A stretch of DNA of 64,000 nt from an uncultured Actinomycetes bacterium (lineage in GTDB: Bacteria; Actinomycetota; Actinomycetes; S36-B12). The translations under genes were made by a program, and so were the position numbers. The stretch spans positions 771-64,770 of the forward strand of contig CAJBZP010000022.1 of assembly GCA_903960135.1 (NCBI GenBank). Reading direction: 5' to 3'. This document shows, piece after piece, positions 1 to 10,578 of this stretch (the stretch's first letter is position 1; the number at the start of each line of letters is the position of its first letter). The notes beneath the pieces were generated by a model. The model had not been told where the DNA came from. It made no database searches and saw nothing but the letters and a program-made list of their open reading frames with translations.

Positions 1-16
1 TTCACCATGGCGCCCC

Positions 17-895
17 CTAGACCGATCGCGCTTTGTGATGGCTGAAGATGCCTTCAGGTTTGAGGATCAAATTAAGGGCCAGCAACAACAACGCCACCAC
101 AGGTGCATTCCCAGAGTCGCTGTATCCGGATACCAAGGAGATGATCAAGCCGGTGAAAACACCAATGGAGATTGCGCCGATCAAGGAGTCGAGGCCGCCG
201 ATGACAGCGACGGTGAAGGCGTAGACCAGCAGGATGTCAAAACTATTCGGTGAAATCGTCGAGACGGGCGCCACCAGAATCCCGGCGACGGCGCCAACTG
301 AACCAGCGAGTGCCCAACCGAAAGTCAGGACACGCGAGACCCTGACCCCGGAAAGTTTCGCCACCTCCGGGTTGAATGCGGCCGCGCGCATCGATAGGCC
401 AAGTGAAGTCTTGGTGAAAAGCAAAGTGAGTCCAAGGACAAGGAGAGCGGTGATGCCAATTACCACAAAGTCATAAACCGAGATCGGCCACACCCGGCCG
501 GCGAACTCGATCCCGGAGTTATTGAATGGCTGCGGAAAGGCCTGGCTACCACCCGGCCAGATCATGCCGGCCGCTGCCTGCAATGCAATAAGTACGCCAA
601 AGGTGGCGATGATCGCCCCGGAAGTGTCGTTACGCTTCACCGGCCGAAGCACTAAGTATTGAATGATCACACCGAGAAGTGCGCCGGCGGCAAGTGCACC
701 GATAAGTGCTATATACCAAGACCCAGTCCAGGTCTGGATGGACAGCGCAATGAACGTGGTGAACATCGCTTGGCCAACTTGCGCGAAGTTCACTACGCGC
801 GTTGATCGCCAGATGAGCACCAAGGCCAGCGCCATCAAGGCGATGATCGCGCCGGATCCCAGCCCGCCGAGGAGGTAGTCGAAGAAAGTCGTCAT
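17..895 (-). CDS. livH: branched-chain amino acid ABC transporter permease (LivH type)
   Basis: 292-aa polytopic membrane ORF immediately after two LivG/LivF-type ATPase genes on the same strand. A further minus-strand ATG at 8..6 suggests a second permease gene runs off the window. Confidence 0.85.
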   Translation of the reverse strand: MTTFFDYLLGGLGSGAIIALMALALVLIWRSTRVVNFAQVGQAMFTTFIALSIQTWTGSWYIALIGALAAGALLGVIIQYLVLRPVKRNDTSGAIIATFGVLIALQAAAGMIWPGGSQAFPQPFNNSGIEFAGRVWPISVYDFVVIGITALLVLGLTLLFTKTSLGLSMRAAAFNPEVAKLSGVRVSRVLTFGWALAGSVGAVAGILVAPVSTISPNSFDILLVYAFTVAVIGGLDSLIGAISIGVFTGLIISLVSGYSDSGNAPVVALLLLALNLILKPEGIFSHHKARSV

Positions 896-906
896 TGCGT
901 TACCTC

Positions 907-1611
907 CTAGTAGCCCAGGTAGGCATGTCGAAGTTGCTCATCGGACGCGATTTCGGAGCCACTGCCGACCATGACAACTTTTCCGAGGTTAAGGACTACC
1001 CCGGTAGTGGCAACCCGCAATGCGGTCACGGCATTTTGCTCAACCAGCAGGACGGCCAAGTCAGACTCCCTGGCAAGGCGGCTCACTAGTTCGAGTATCT
1101 GCGTGACGATAAGGGGCGCAAGGCCAAGGGACGGCTCATCAAGAAGCAGCACACGGGGATCGGACATCAGGGCCCGGCCGATCGCAAGTTGTTGGCGCTC
1201 ACCGCCGCTCAAGGTGTCGGCGCGCATGCTGCGACGCTCGGCCAGCACCGGAAACAAATCAAATACCTGCACCTGGGTGGCATTTCGGGCCGCTTTGTCG
1301 CGCCACAGGCCACCGAGGCGCAGGTTCTCTTCGACGGTTAGCTCGGGGATGGTGGATCGACCCTCGGGTACGAGCGCGACGCCGAGGCGGACGATGTCCT
1401 CGGGTTTGCGGCCGGTGATGGTGACCCCACCGACCGTTGCGCTGCCAGAACCTGGCTTCACCAGTCCGGACAAAGTGCGCATAAGTGTTGACTTGCCGGC
1501 GCCATTGGCCCCGATGACAGCGGTTACCTCGCCTTTTGGCACTTCAATCGAAACATTGGAAAGGGCTTGAACCGCACCGTAGTTGACCGATAGTTCGGTG
1601 ATGGTGAGCAT
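907..1611 (-). CDS. livF: branched-chain amino acid ABC transporter ATP-binding protein (LivF type)
   Basis: 234 aa with Walker A GANGAGKST, signature LSGGERQ and Walker B LLLDEPS. ATGA start/stop overlap with the upstream ATPase gene. Confidence 0.9.
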   Translation of the reverse strand: MLTITELSVNYGAVQALSNVSIEVPKGEVTAVIGANGAGKSTLMRTLSGLVKPGSGSATVGGVTITGRKPEDIVRLGVALVPEGRSTIPELTVEENLRLGGLWRDKAARNATQVQVFDLFPVLAERRSMRADTLSGGERQQLAIGRALMSDPRVLLLDEPSLGLAPLIVTQILELVSRLARESDLAVLLVEQNAVTALRVATTGVVLNLGKVVMVGSGSEIASDEQLRHAYLGY

Positions 1612-2399
1612 CAGGCGGCACCTTCTTCGCCGAGATAGGCGGCCAGCACGGCAGGGTTCTGGCGCACTTCATCTGGGCGCCCTGCCGCGATCACTTTTCC
1701 GGCATCCAAGACCCAAATGAGGTCGCACACTTCCATGACCAGTTCCATGTGGTGCTCGACTAGCAGCACAGTTCGTTTGGGCACCCAACTGCGAATGAGG
1801 TCGGCCAGCTCGGAGATGTCAGCGGCGCTGATGCCACCTGCGGGTTCATCGAGTAGGAGTATTTGCGGATCGCTGATGAGGGCGCGGGCAAGTGCCACGC
1901 GCTTTTGAATCGGGTATGGCAACTCGCCTGGCAATCTGTTTGCTGAGTCAGCGATATTTAGCTCTCCGAGGATGGCCATGGCCTGCTCGCGAAGCCGGTT
2001 CTGCTCAATATCTGTCCACGGCATCGCAAGGGCTTGCGCGAAAATGCCGCTGCGCACCTGCGAGGAGCCACCGATCATGACATTTTCGATTGCGGTCATG
2101 GTCGGGAAGAGCCCGACACCTTGGAGGGTGCGGGCGATGCCCATTTTGGTGAGGTGGTGGGGGTGAATATGCTTTTGCCGCACCCCGTCAACTTTGATGG
2201 CGCCGGAGTCGGCCGCGACGAACCCACTAATTACGTTGAATACCGTGGTCTTGCCCGCACCATTCGGGCCGATCAGGCCCGTGACCGTGCCTTGCGGCAC
2301 CCCGATACTGACATTGTCGAGGATTTGGAGACCGCTGAGTTTGACACTGATATCGACCATTTCCAAGATCGGGTCGGTCAGTGGGAGAAAGTACTTCAC
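1611..2399 (-). CDS. livG: branched-chain amino acid ABC transporter ATP-binding protein (LivG type)
   Basis: 262 aa with Walker A GPNGAGKTT and Walker B LLLDEPAGG. GTG start preceded by AAGGGGG. Confidence 0.9.
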   Translation of the reverse strand: MKYFLPLTDPILEMVDISVKLSGLQILDNVSIGVPQGTVTGLIGPNGAGKTTVFNVISGFVAADSGAIKVDGVRQKHIHPHHLTKMGIARTLQGVGLFPTMTAIENVMIGGSSQVRSGIFAQALAMPWTDIEQNRLREQAMAILGELNIADSANRLPGELPYPIQKRVALARALISDPQILLLDEPAGGISAADISELADLIRSWVPKRTVLLVEHHMELVMEVCDLIWVLDAGKVIAAGRPDEVRQNPAVLAAYLGEEGAA

Positions 2400-2476
2400 C
2401 TAACCGCCCCCTTTCGTTATCGATCGCGTTACCTTACCCGCGCGCCGGGGGTGCGCGCGCGCCATTTGGGTTTGGT

Positions 2477-3076
2477 TTACGCGGGGGGTAGTCGGAGCAC
2501 GCTGACCGCGAACTCGGCATCGGCCCGCCAGGGACGTAAATCCCAGGTGGCGAACCGGTGCTCGAGGGTGAATCCGGCTCCCAAGAGGTGCCTGTCGAAT
2601 GCGTCCATCTCGTATCGGTCGGTATGAAAGCCAGCAACGGCAAAGGCGTCCGGCCGTAAGTGCTGGGCGATCTGGGCGAGTACCTGCTGTTCGGTGCCGG
2701 GGGCGACAAAAGCGAGCACATTGCCGGCGATGACCGCGGCATCGAAGGGTTCACCTTGGCCCTGTGCGGCGAGGTTGAGGTCACTGAGGTCAGCTACTAG
2801 CCAGGTTGGACCGGGATGGTCTTGTTCTGCCGCGGAAATTAGCTCAGGGTCAACGTCAACACCGACTACATCGTGTCCGCAGGCATGCAAAACGGCGCCG
2901 ACTCGGCCGGGTCCGCACCCGGCATCAAGGATGCGTGATCCGCGCGGCACCATCGCGTCGATGAGGCGCGCTTCACCGCCAAGATCGGTCCCGTCGGCCG
3001 CGAGCCCCCTGAACCGATCGATATACCACTGGGAGTGGCCTTCATCGGTATCGGTGAACCAGCGCGGGGTTGTCAT
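2477..3076 (-). CDS. class I SAM-dependent methyltransferase
   Basis: 199 aa with SAM-binding motif ILDAGCGPGRVG. 4-nt overlap with the upstream gene. Confidence 0.75.
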   Translation of the reverse strand: MTTPRWFTDTDEGHSQWYIDRFRGLAADGTDLGGEARLIDAMVPRGSRILDAGCGPGRVGAVLHACGHDVVGVDVDPELISAAEQDHPGPTWLVADLSDLNLAAQGQGEPFDAAVIAGNVLAFVAPGTEQQVLAQIAQHLRPDAFAVAGFHTDRYEMDAFDRHLLGAGFTLEHRFATWDLRPWRADAEFAVSVLRLPPA

Positions 3077-3561
3077 CCCTTGCGTGTTGCAAATGTGAAG
3101 GCGGCGAGGCCGAGCACGAGGGCACCTGCGCCGGCTCCGATGTAAAGGATCTCGCTGGGATCATTGACGTCAACCAGATAGCCGAGGAAAACCACCGCGA
3201 TGATCGCGACGACCACGCCGATTAGCTTGTTCTTGAGGTCATCGAGTGAGCGAATCTCTAGCCAGTCGGGCAGTTTCACCGAACTGTCGACGAAAAGTTC
3301 GTAAAGCCCGTATCCGATAACTAGTAGCACTGTTGCCAGGAGCAGGGTGTCTACGGCGGTCAAGATACCCACCACCGATCCTTTGACACTTACCGAGTTA
3401 TTGACGAGATTTACGATGGATACCCCGACTTCCCAGACCCCCAGGACCATTAGGACGAAGGATCCGATAATCGTGCCGATGGCAGGTACCGCTACGACGT
3501 AGCGAGAAAGTTCAATGATGCGGCGCATGCGGTAACGATAGTCCTTGGTCCATAGAGCCAA
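3073..3561 (-). CDS. YqhA/UPF0114-like small membrane protein
   Basis: 162 aa with four predicted hydrophobic helices. N-terminus resembles YqhA-family proteins. Family call is from memory. Confidence 0.5.
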   Translation of the reverse strand: MALWTKDYRYRMRRIIELSRYVVAVPAIGTIIGSFVLMVLGVWEVGVSIVNLVNNSVSVKGSVVGILTAVDTLLLATVLLVIGYGLYELFVDSSVKLPDWLEIRSLDDLKNKLIGVVVAIIAVVFLGYLVDVNDPSEILYIGAGAGALVLGLAAFTFATRKG

Positions 3562-3635
3562 TAGTGACTTGGGCGCTTGGCGCCGCTACCATCTAGTTAT
3601 TGCCGAGTTTTGGGCCTACCGGGGAGCACTGTCAG

Positions 3636-5060
3636 ATGTCAGCTAAAACGATCGACGCGACCGTAAGCGAACTGCCGCCGAATGACCCGGCGACCTGGCG
3701 CAATGTGCCGCAATCGTCAGTGCCAATCGACCCAGCCCGGGTGCAAGCGCTCCTAGATCAAGAGTGGGAGCGATTCGCCGCCACTACCAGCGGCTCCGCC
3801 GCGCAGTTTGCGCGTGCGGCAGGATCATTGCCGTTGGGTGTGCCCTCGTCTTTTCAGCATTGGGATCCGTACCCGATTTCGATCGAATCGGCCAAGGGTG
3901 CCTGGCTACAAGATGTCGATGGTCGCCCACTCCTTGACCTTTCAATGGGGTTTGGTGCGATGTTGGTTGGCCATCTCAATCCGGTCGTGGTCGCCGCTGT
4001 TACTACCGCGCTTGAAACGGGCACACTTTTCGTAACTCCATCGCCCTCGGCAACGCAGGTCGCTGAAAGATTCCAGCGCCGGTTCGGGCTCGACCTCATT
4101 CGCTTTACTAATTCGGGCACCGAGGCCACGATGTATGCGGTGCGCACTGCGCGTGCCTACACCCATCGCCACGCGATCGTGAAAATCGAGGGTGGGTACC
4201 ACGGCGGTTATGACGCACTGGCCGTTTCCGTCAAACCCGATGTAGCAGTAGCCGGTCCCGAAGGCTTCCCGACCCCGGTTGTCCCGTTTGACGTTGAGGC
4301 CGGCACCGTGCACGTTGTTCCATATAACAATCTCGAGCGCCTCGAGGAGATCCTGAGCGCTCATAGCGACGAGATCGCCGCGGTGGTCATGGAGCCGGTT
4401 TTGGAGAACATTTCGATCGTTCTTCCAGATGCCGGGTACCTAGCAGGAGTGCGGGCAGCATGTGATGCGCACGGTGTGCTCCTTGTTTTTGACGAAGTTA
4501 AGACCGGGCTGACCGCTGGTTACGGCGGTGCATCCCAACGCCTGGGAGTGACCCCGGATCTGGTTTGTCTTGCCAAGAGCATTGGCGGCGGCCTGCCGCT
4601 GGCTGCATTTGGTGGGCGCGCTGAGGTGATGGCCGCCGTTACCGATGGCCGCATGCCGCACTTTGGTACGTATAACGGAAATCCTTTGGTGATGGCGGCC
4701 GCAGCTGCGGTTGACGAGATTTGCACCGAGGAGGCACTTGCTGCCGCGGAGTCCGTGAATGAGGGTGCGCTGCGCGCCGTAGATGACCTAATCGTGCGCC
4801 ACGAACTACCCGCACACACCGTGGGCTTTGGGGTTAAGGGCGCGATCACCTGGTCGACCACACCGGTTCGCACCTACCGCGATTACAAGCGCACCGATTT
4901 CGGTGCCGCCGAACTCAGTTGGCTCTGGGGCGTTAACCGAGGCATCCTGACCCCGCCCGGGCTCGATGAGCAGTGGCTGGTCTCCCTTGCGCACACGGCC
5001 GCGGATATGACGTTGATGGTCGATGCTTTTGACGAGTTGGCACAAGCCCTGCGGGCTTAA
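3636..5060 (+). CDS. class III PLP-dependent aminotransferase (glutamate-1-semialdehyde aminomutase-like)
   Basis: Motifs [15 protein letters not shown] and the overall GSA-aminomutase-like layout. ATG at 3636 is preceded by GGGGAG, so the track start at 3600 is probably too long. Confidence 0.8.
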   Translation: MSAKTIDATVSELPPNDPATWRNVPQSSVPIDPARVQALLDQEWERFAATTSGSAAQFARAAGSLPLGVPSSFQHWDPYPISIESAKGAWLQDVDGRPLLDLSMGFGAMLVGHLNPVVVAAVTTALETGTLFVTPSPSATQVAERFQRRFGLDLIRFTNSGTEATMYAVRTARAYTHRHAIVKIEGGYHGGYDALAVSVKPDVAVAGPEGFPTPVVPFDVEAGTVHVVPYNNLERLEEILSAHSDEIAAVVMEPVLENISIVLPDAGYLAGVRAACDAHGVLLVFDEVKTGLTAGYGGASQRLGVTPDLVCLAKSIGGGLPLAAFGGRAEVMAAVTDGRMPHFGTYNGNPLVMAAAAAVDEICTEEALAAAESVNEGALRAVDDLIVRHELPAHTVGFGVKGAITWSTTPVRTYRDYKRTDFGAAELSWLWGVNRGILTPPGLDEQWLVSLAHTAADMTLMVDAFDELAQALRA

Positions 5061-5095
5061 ATGGGAGTAAGGGCACCTCGCCCAGATCGCGGCCG

Positions 5096-7165
5096 GTGCC
5101 AAGGAGTGCTCGGGCGCCTGATGCGAGAAGATGGGGAGTGCCCAATCGCCTGGCGAACTCGACGTCACCTTATCTCCTGCAGCATGCCGACAATCCCGTG
5201 GATTGGTGGGAGTGGTCTGCCGAGGCGTTCGACGAAGCGCGGCGCCGTGATGTGCCAATCTTCTTATCAATCGGCTATTCAGCCTGCCACTGGTGTCATG
5301 TCATGGCCCATGAATCCTTCGAGGATCAAGGAATCGCGGAGTACTTGAATGCGAACTTTGTTTCAATAAAGGTTGATCGCGAGGAGCGTCCCGACATTGA
5401 TTCGGTGTACATGGACGTAACCGTTGCGATGACCGGCCATGGCGGCTGGCCGATGACGGTGATCTTGGATCATGATGCGCGCCCCTTCTATGCGGGTACT
5501 TACTTTCCGCCGACGCCGCGCCACGGCATGCCATCATTTCCGCAACTGCTGACGGCGATCACTGATTCGTGGACTCAGCGCCGTGATGAGGTTCTGGCGG
5601 CAGGTCAGCGCATCATCACCGCAATTAATGAACGGACCACTCTGATACCAGAAGGTGGGCCTCCTGATGCGGGCGACCTTCGTGCGGCGGTGGCGGCTGC
5701 AGAGCAAGACTTTGATGCAGCGCAGGGCGGGTTTGGCGGTGCACCTAAGTTCCCGCCGTCGATGCTGCTTGAGTTCTTACTGCGTGAGTCGGCGCGCACC
5801 GACGATGCATTCGCGCTCGCAATGGCGGAGCGCACCCTCAACGCGATGGCACGTGGCGGACTCTTCGATCAACTAGGTGGCGGGTTCGCTCGTTACTCGG
5901 TCGACGCCGACTGGGTGGTGCCACATTTTGAGAAGATGCTTTATGACAATGCGCTATTGCTGCGCGTCTATGCCCACTGGTGGCGACTAACCGGCTCAGC
6001 TCTTGCCGAGCGGGTGGTGCGGCAAACGGCCGAATTCTTGCTCCGGGAAATGCGAACCCCAGAAGGCGCATTCGCCTCCGCACTCGATGCCGATAGCGAA
6101 GGTGTTGAGGGCTTGTTCTATGCGTGGTCGCCTGCACAACTGGTTGAGGTGCTTGGCGCAGATGATGGCGTCTGGGCGGCTGACCTACTTGCGGTAACGA
6201 CTTCCGGAACCTTCGAGCACGGGCTGTCGACCCTGCAATTGCGCGACGAGCCGTCGGATCTGCCGCGTTGGGAGCAAATTAGGTCCGCCCTGTTCGAGGC
6301 TCGGGCGCAGCGGGTGCGACCAGGTCGCGACGACAAGGTGGTTGCGTCCTGGAACGGGCTCGCAATCGCGGCATTGGCAGAAGCAGGGGCACTATTCGGT
6401 GAGCCGGACTGGATCGAGGCGGCCGTAGCCGCGGCAGACCTGCTCCTGGCGGTGCATTTGGGTGCCCATGACGATGATCGGCTCTGCCGCACTTCGCGTG
6501 ACGGTCGGGCCGGTGCCAACGATGGTGTACTTGATGACTACGGCAACGTGGCTGAGGGCTTCTTGGCCCTCTACCAAGTGACCGGGGCTGATGAATGGCT
6601 GGTGCTCGCGGGCATGCTGCTTGATATCGCGATCCAGCATTTCGCCGATGGCGAAGGCGGGTTCTTCGATACAGCCGATGACGCACCCGCATTGGTGCGC
6701 CGACCACGCGATGCTGTTGACAATGCCGAGCCCTCGGGCTGGTTTGCCACCGCGAACGCCTGCATCACTTTCTCGGCACTTACCGGGGTCAGCGAATACC
6801 GGGTTATCGCGGAGCGGGCCCTTGGAGCTGCGAAGATGCTGTCAAAGCGATCGCCAAGGGCCGCTGGCTGGGGTTTGGCCGCGGCATCGGCTTTGCGCAC
6901 CGGACCAATTGAGATAGCCGTGATCGGTACGCCTGCAGATCCCCGCGCGGCCGACTTGCATCACATCGCCTTGATGTCGGCGTCACCAGGTGCGGTAACT
7001 GCGCTGGCGGTGGCCGGAGAGGAATCCAGTGTGCCGCTGCTGCGCGATCGGCCGGCGGTAGACCAGTTGGCGACCGCGTACGTCTGCCACGGGTTCGTTT
7101 GTCAGCGCCCGACTACATCCGCGGTTGAATTGGAAAAGTTAGTTGCGCCCAGCAATACGCATTAG
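5096..7165 (+). CDS. thioredoxin-domain (DUF255, YyaL-like) protein with six-hairpin glycosidase-like C-terminal domain
   Basis: N-terminus [17 protein letters not shown]...[11 protein letters not shown] is typical of YyaL/DUF255. 689-aa ORF. Start could also be the GTG at 5138. Confidence 0.85.
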   Translation: MPRSARAPDARRWGVPNRLANSTSPYLLQHADNPVDWWEWSAEAFDEARRRDVPIFLSIGYSACHWCHVMAHESFEDQGIAEYLNANFVSIKVDREERPDIDSVYMDVTVAMTGHGGWPMTVILDHDARPFYAGTYFPPTPRHGMPSFPQLLTAITDSWTQRRDEVLAAGQRIITAINERTTLIPEGGPPDAGDLRAAVAAAEQDFDAAQGGFGGAPKFPPSMLLEFLLRESARTDDAFALAMAERTLNAMARGGLFDQLGGGFARYSVDADWVVPHFEKMLYDNALLLRVYAHWWRLTGSALAERVVRQTAEFLLREMRTPEGAFASALDADSEGVEGLFYAWSPAQLVEVLGADDGVWAADLLAVTTSGTFEHGLSTLQLRDEPSDLPRWEQIRSALFEARAQRVRPGRDDKVVASWNGLAIAALAEAGALFGEPDWIEAAVAAADLLLAVHLGAHDDDRLCRTSRDGRAGANDGVLDDYGNVAEGFLALYQVTGADEWLVLAGMLLDIAIQHFADGEGGFFDTADDAPALVRRPRDAVDNAEPSGWFATANACITFSALTGVSEYRVIAERALGAAKMLSKRSPRAAGWGLAAASALRTGPIEIAVIGTPADPRAADLHHIALMSASPGAVTALAVAGEESSVPLLRDRPAVDQLATAYVCHGFVCQRPTTSAVELEKLVAPSNTH

Positions 7166-7229
7166 CGAAGTCATCAGTCCTTCAAGGGATCCCCGCAGTT
7201 AGGCCGGTCTTTATCTAGACGAGTGCTAA

Positions 7230-7457
7230 TTACTCGTCATTCTCAAAGCAGGCAAACGCGATCCAGCACGAAGCGGTGTAAGAGGGTTTTTGGGTTTTGC
7301 CGATACCGGCCACGGCGGAACGCGCCCAACCCACCCCAAGTGCGAGTCGGTCAGACGGGGTTGAGCGAATACCCAAGGGGAACACGCGGGGAGCCGAAAC
7401 GCAACAACAAATGATCGACGGTCTAGAACCAACGGGGCAACCCCCATGAACGCCCAC
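7230..7457 (-). CDS. small-ORF family copy 1 (divergent, start codon uncertain)
   Basis: C-terminal 40 aa (SDRLALGVGWARSAVAGIGKTQKPSYTASCWIAFACFENDE) align with the ORFs at 21079..21246 and 27823..27990. Possible starts are GTG 7457 (75 aa) or GTG 7385 (51 aa). Neither has a good SD. Confidence 0.5.
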   Translation of the reverse strand: MGVHGGCPVGSRPSIICCCVSAPRVFPLGIRSTPSDRLALGVGWARSAVAGIGKTQKPSYTASCWIAFACFENDE

Positions 7458-7499
7458 CGCGCAACCGTGCTAGTTCTAGCCACGTCGGCTGACGTCTTT

Positions 7500-8291
7500 C
7501 TAAGGAATGAAATACATCGGGTTGGGTAGTAAGAACCCCTGAGCGGTATGCCCACCGGCCGAGTCACTGATTTGATCGCCGATCGCGAACCCGATTCGCC
7601 AGCCTTGCTTCTCGATTTCGGCACGGGCGTTTGATTTGTAGACGAGGGCGGTCAAGGACTCTTGGGCGGGGGAGCGAGTCACCAGTTTTTGCCAACCCGT
7701 GATGCCACGTGCACGCAAGCACGCGACTATGACGGGGCGCTGCGCATCGTTACCGCCGGTGATGATGAACACGGTGGCTCCGAGCTTCTTTGCCGCGTTG
7801 AATAAATCCCGCGTTGGCGCGATAGCGGGCATCGCGCATTCCTCGTCGTAAGTTAGCCATTGCGCATACGGCATGTCGAAGTTCGCCGCACTCTCGAGGT
7901 CGTACCAATCCAGCAGGGTGTCGTCGACGTCGAAGACCACCGCTGGCTTGCACACCTCCTGCGAGGTATCGCCGCAGGTTCGAACAAGCCATTTGCGCAG
8001 GAACTTCTCGGCGCTTTTCGCTACGGCGCGCTGATCATTTACGAATTGGCCGGATGCGCGGTATGCGCGGACTTCGTCGGCGAAGCCAGCTCCGGCTTGG
8101 TAGAAACCGGTGGCGGAAAGCGGTGGTAGCCGCTGGTCCACCCCCTGAATCTGGGTTGCCTGACCGGGCACGATGATCGGGTGCACATCGGTTGCCGCAA
8201 GCGCCGGCGCCACTGCCATTAAGCCGGTCAGGGCCAAGGCGGCAAGCGCCGTTGCTGGACTAGATACCCGGCGAGTTATTGGCTTACGCAT
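7500..8291 (-). CDS. secreted HAD-superfamily class B acid phosphatase
   Basis: Signal peptide ending ALAATD. HAD motif I FDVDDTLL and distal GDQISD motif. 263 aa. Confidence 0.7.
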   Translation of the reverse strand: MRKPITRRVSSPATALAALALTGLMAVAPALAATDVHPIIVPGQATQIQGVDQRLPPLSATGFYQAGAGFADEVRAYRASGQFVNDQRAVAKSAEKFLRKWLVRTCGDTSQEVCKPAVVFDVDDTLLDWYDLESAANFDMPYAQWLTYDEECAMPAIAPTRDLFNAAKKLGATVFIITGGNDAQRPVIVACLRARGITGWQKLVTRSPAQESLTALVYKSNARAEIEKQGWRIGFAIGDQISDSAGGHTAQGFLLPNPMYFIP

Positions 8292-8366
8292 TTTTCTATG
8301 TTATCCGGATGCTTCGGGCTGCGCGATAGTCCGCACTAACCGGGTGCAACGGAGTAACCTGCCCAT

Positions 8367-9128
8367 GTGGGTCTTAGAAATCTCCTATACGGCGTCTATG
8401 AGCGCAATCTCCTGGGGCAGATTCCGCCGGCTGATCGTCCGCGGCATATCGGGGTAATTCTCGACGGAAACCGCCGGTGGGCAACCGCCCAGGGCTCATC
8501 ATCTTCGGCCGGCCATCGAGCCGGCGCCGCCAAGATAGTTGATTTCCTCGGCTGGTGCGATGAAGTTGACGTGGAAGTGGTGACCTTGTGGCTGCTGTCC
8601 ACCGATAACCTGAATCGGCCGGAGCCTGAACTTGGCGCACTGCTAGGGATCATTGAAGAAACTGTGACCGGGCTGGTTGCCCAGGGCCGTTGGCGGCTGC
8701 ACCCGGTGGGCGCCCTTGATCTGTTGCCGGACTGCACGGCTCGGTTACTTAAAGAGGCCGAGGAGGCCACGGCCGACGTTTCCGGTTCACTTGTCAATAT
8801 CGCGGTTGGCTATGGCGGTCGACGTGAGGTGGTCGACGCCGTGCGTTCGTTACTTCAGGAACAAGCTAGTCAGGGCACGAGTCTGGACGAACTTGCTCAG
8901 GTTATTGACGTTGAGCACATCACCGAACACCTGTATACCAAAGGTCAGCCCGACCCTGACTTAGTAATTCGAACATCAGGTGAACAGCGGCTGTCCGGCT
9001 TCTTGCTGTGGCAAAGTGCGCACTCGGAGTTTTACTTCTGTGAGGCCTATTGGCCGGATTTTCGCCATGTTGACTTCCTGCGGGCTCTGCGTGCCTACGC
9101 CGATCGGCAGCGCCGGTTCGGCGTTTAG
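8367..9128 (+). CDS. uppS: isoprenyl transferase (cis-prenyl diphosphate synthase, UppS family)
   Basis: Diagnostic HIGVILDGNRRWA motif, later IRTSGEQRLSGFLLWQ. GTG start. Confidence 0.9.
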   Translation: MGLRNLLYGVYERNLLGQIPPADRPRHIGVILDGNRRWATAQGSSSSAGHRAGAAKIVDFLGWCDEVDVEVVTLWLLSTDNLNRPEPELGALLGIIEETVTGLVAQGRWRLHPVGALDLLPDCTARLLKEAEEATADVSGSLVNIAVGYGGRREVVDAVRSLLQEQASQGTSLDELAQVIDVEHITEHLYTKGQPDPDLVIRTSGEQRLSGFLLWQSAHSEFYFCEAYWPDFRHVDFLRALRAYADRQRRFGV

Positions 9129-9242
9129 TCACCGGCGTGTCATCGCACCATGTCACCTTTGTCCCTTTAGCGTCAGAGTCGCGGGTTTGCAGCCGCGGAC
9201 CCGCGTCCGCGCCCGGCCGCCTGCGGCCGCACAGGAGGCTAA

Positions 9243-10556
9243 GTGACCCCTTCAAAGTCCAGCCCAGCCCGCCGCACCTACGTCCTTGATACTTCGGTTT
9301 TACTCTCAGATCCCCGGGCAATGCTGCGCTTTGATGAACATGATGTCGTTATCCCTGTTGTTGTAATTATCGAGCTCGAGGCCAAGCGCAGTCATCCAGA
9401 GCTCGGGTATTTCGCGCGCAATGCGCTGCGATTATTAGACGATCTGCGTATTACCCATGGCCGCCTAGATGCCGCGATGCCGGTCGGTGAGCTAGGCGGC
9501 ACCTTGCGCGTCGAGCTCAACCACATCGATACCTCGGTATTGCCGACCGGGTTCCAATTGGGCGATAACGACACCCGCATTTTGGCGGTGGCCCGCAGTT
9601 TGTCCAATGAGGGGTGCGATGTTGTCCTTGTCAGCAAGGACCTCCCGATGCGCGTCAAGGCCTCAGCCGTCGGACTGGCCGCAGAGGAGTATCGCGCGGA
9701 GTTGGTCGTTGAGACCGGTTTCACCGGGATGGCCGAGATCGATGTAGCGGCCGCGGAAATCGATCAACTTTATGACGAAGCCGTTATTGATCTAGATGCT
9801 GCCCGCGACCTTGCCTGTCACACCGGCTTGGTGCTGATCTCCGATCGCGGTAGTGCACTGGGCAGGGTAACCGCCGATAAGCGAGTGCGCTTGGTGCGTG
9901 GTGATCGAGAGGCATTTGGTCTGCACGGGCGAAGTGCGGAGCAGCGCATCGCTCTTGACCTACTTCTTGACCCGGATATCGGGATCGTCTCACTTGGAGG
10001 TCGCGCCGGTACCGGAAAGAGCGCACTAGCTTTGTGTGCTGGCCTGGAGGCCGTGCTTGAGCGCAGGCAGCATCGCAAGGTGATCGTGTTCCGGCCGCTA
10101 TTTGCTGTCGGCGGTCAAGAGCTTGGCTACTTGCCGGGAAATGAGCAAGAGAAGATGTCTCCGTGGGGGCAGGCGGTCTTCGACACGTTGGGTGCGGTCA
10201 CGACCCAAGAGGTCGTCGAAGAGATCGTCGACCGCGGGATGCTCGAAGTCTTGCCCCTGACCCACATCCGGGGGCGCTCGCTGCACGATGCGTTCGTCAT
10301 CGTTGACGAAGCCCAATCCCTTGAACGCAATGTGCTGTTGACGGTGCTGTCGCGCATCGGCCGCGATAGCCGGGTCGTGCTCACCCACGACGTTGCTCAG
10401 CGCGACAATCTGCGGGTGGGCCGCCACGACGGCGTAGTAGCGGTGGTTGAGAAGTTGAAGGGGCACCCGTTATTCGCCCATGTCACCTTGACTCGATCAG
10501 AGCGCTCACCGATTGCGGCTTTGGTTACCGAGATGCTGGAAAGCATTGAACTTTAG
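9243..10556 (+). CDS. PhoH2-type PIN domain plus PhoH-like ATPase
   Basis: N-terminal PIN-like YVLDTSVLL, Walker A GRAGTGKS, PhoH C-terminal domain. GTG start after CAGGAGG. Confidence 0.85.
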   Translation: MTPSKSSPARRTYVLDTSVLLSDPRAMLRFDEHDVVIPVVVIIELEAKRSHPELGYFARNALRLLDDLRITHGRLDAAMPVGELGGTLRVELNHIDTSVLPTGFQLGDNDTRILAVARSLSNEGCDVVLVSKDLPMRVKASAVGLAAEEYRAELVVETGFTGMAEIDVAAAEIDQLYDEAVIDLDAARDLACHTGLVLISDRGSALGRVTADKRVRLVRGDREAFGLHGRSAEQRIALDLLLDPDIGIVSLGGRAGTGKSALALCAGLEAVLERRQHRKVIVFRPLFAVGGQELGYLPGNEQEKMSPWGQAVFDTLGAVTTQEVVEEIVDRGMLEVLPLTHIRGRSLHDAFVIVDEAQSLERNVLLTVLSRIGRDSRVVLTHDVAQRDNLRVGRHDGVVAVVEKLKGHPLFAHVTLTRSERSPIAALVTEMLESIEL

Positions 10557-10578
10557 CTTTTAACATTATCGCTTGTGC

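Noticed and set aside
971-1570. Long antisense ORFs throughout the track (for example 971..1570, 2034..2627, 15162..15713, 22997..23641, 52804..53550, 54354..55106, 60135..60758)
   Set aside because: They lie opposite or out of frame to genes with clear family motifs. They have Arg/Pro/Ala/Ser-rich, low-complexity translations typical of high-GC shadow frames, and no SD or family signature.
9160-9242. GC-rich palindromes (GCGGGT...ACCCGC and two GCGGCCGC sites) between uppS and phoH2 as a regulatory element
   Set aside because: These are short stems of the kind common in high-GC intergenic DNA. At most they form a weak terminator for uppS, and nothing distinguishes them.
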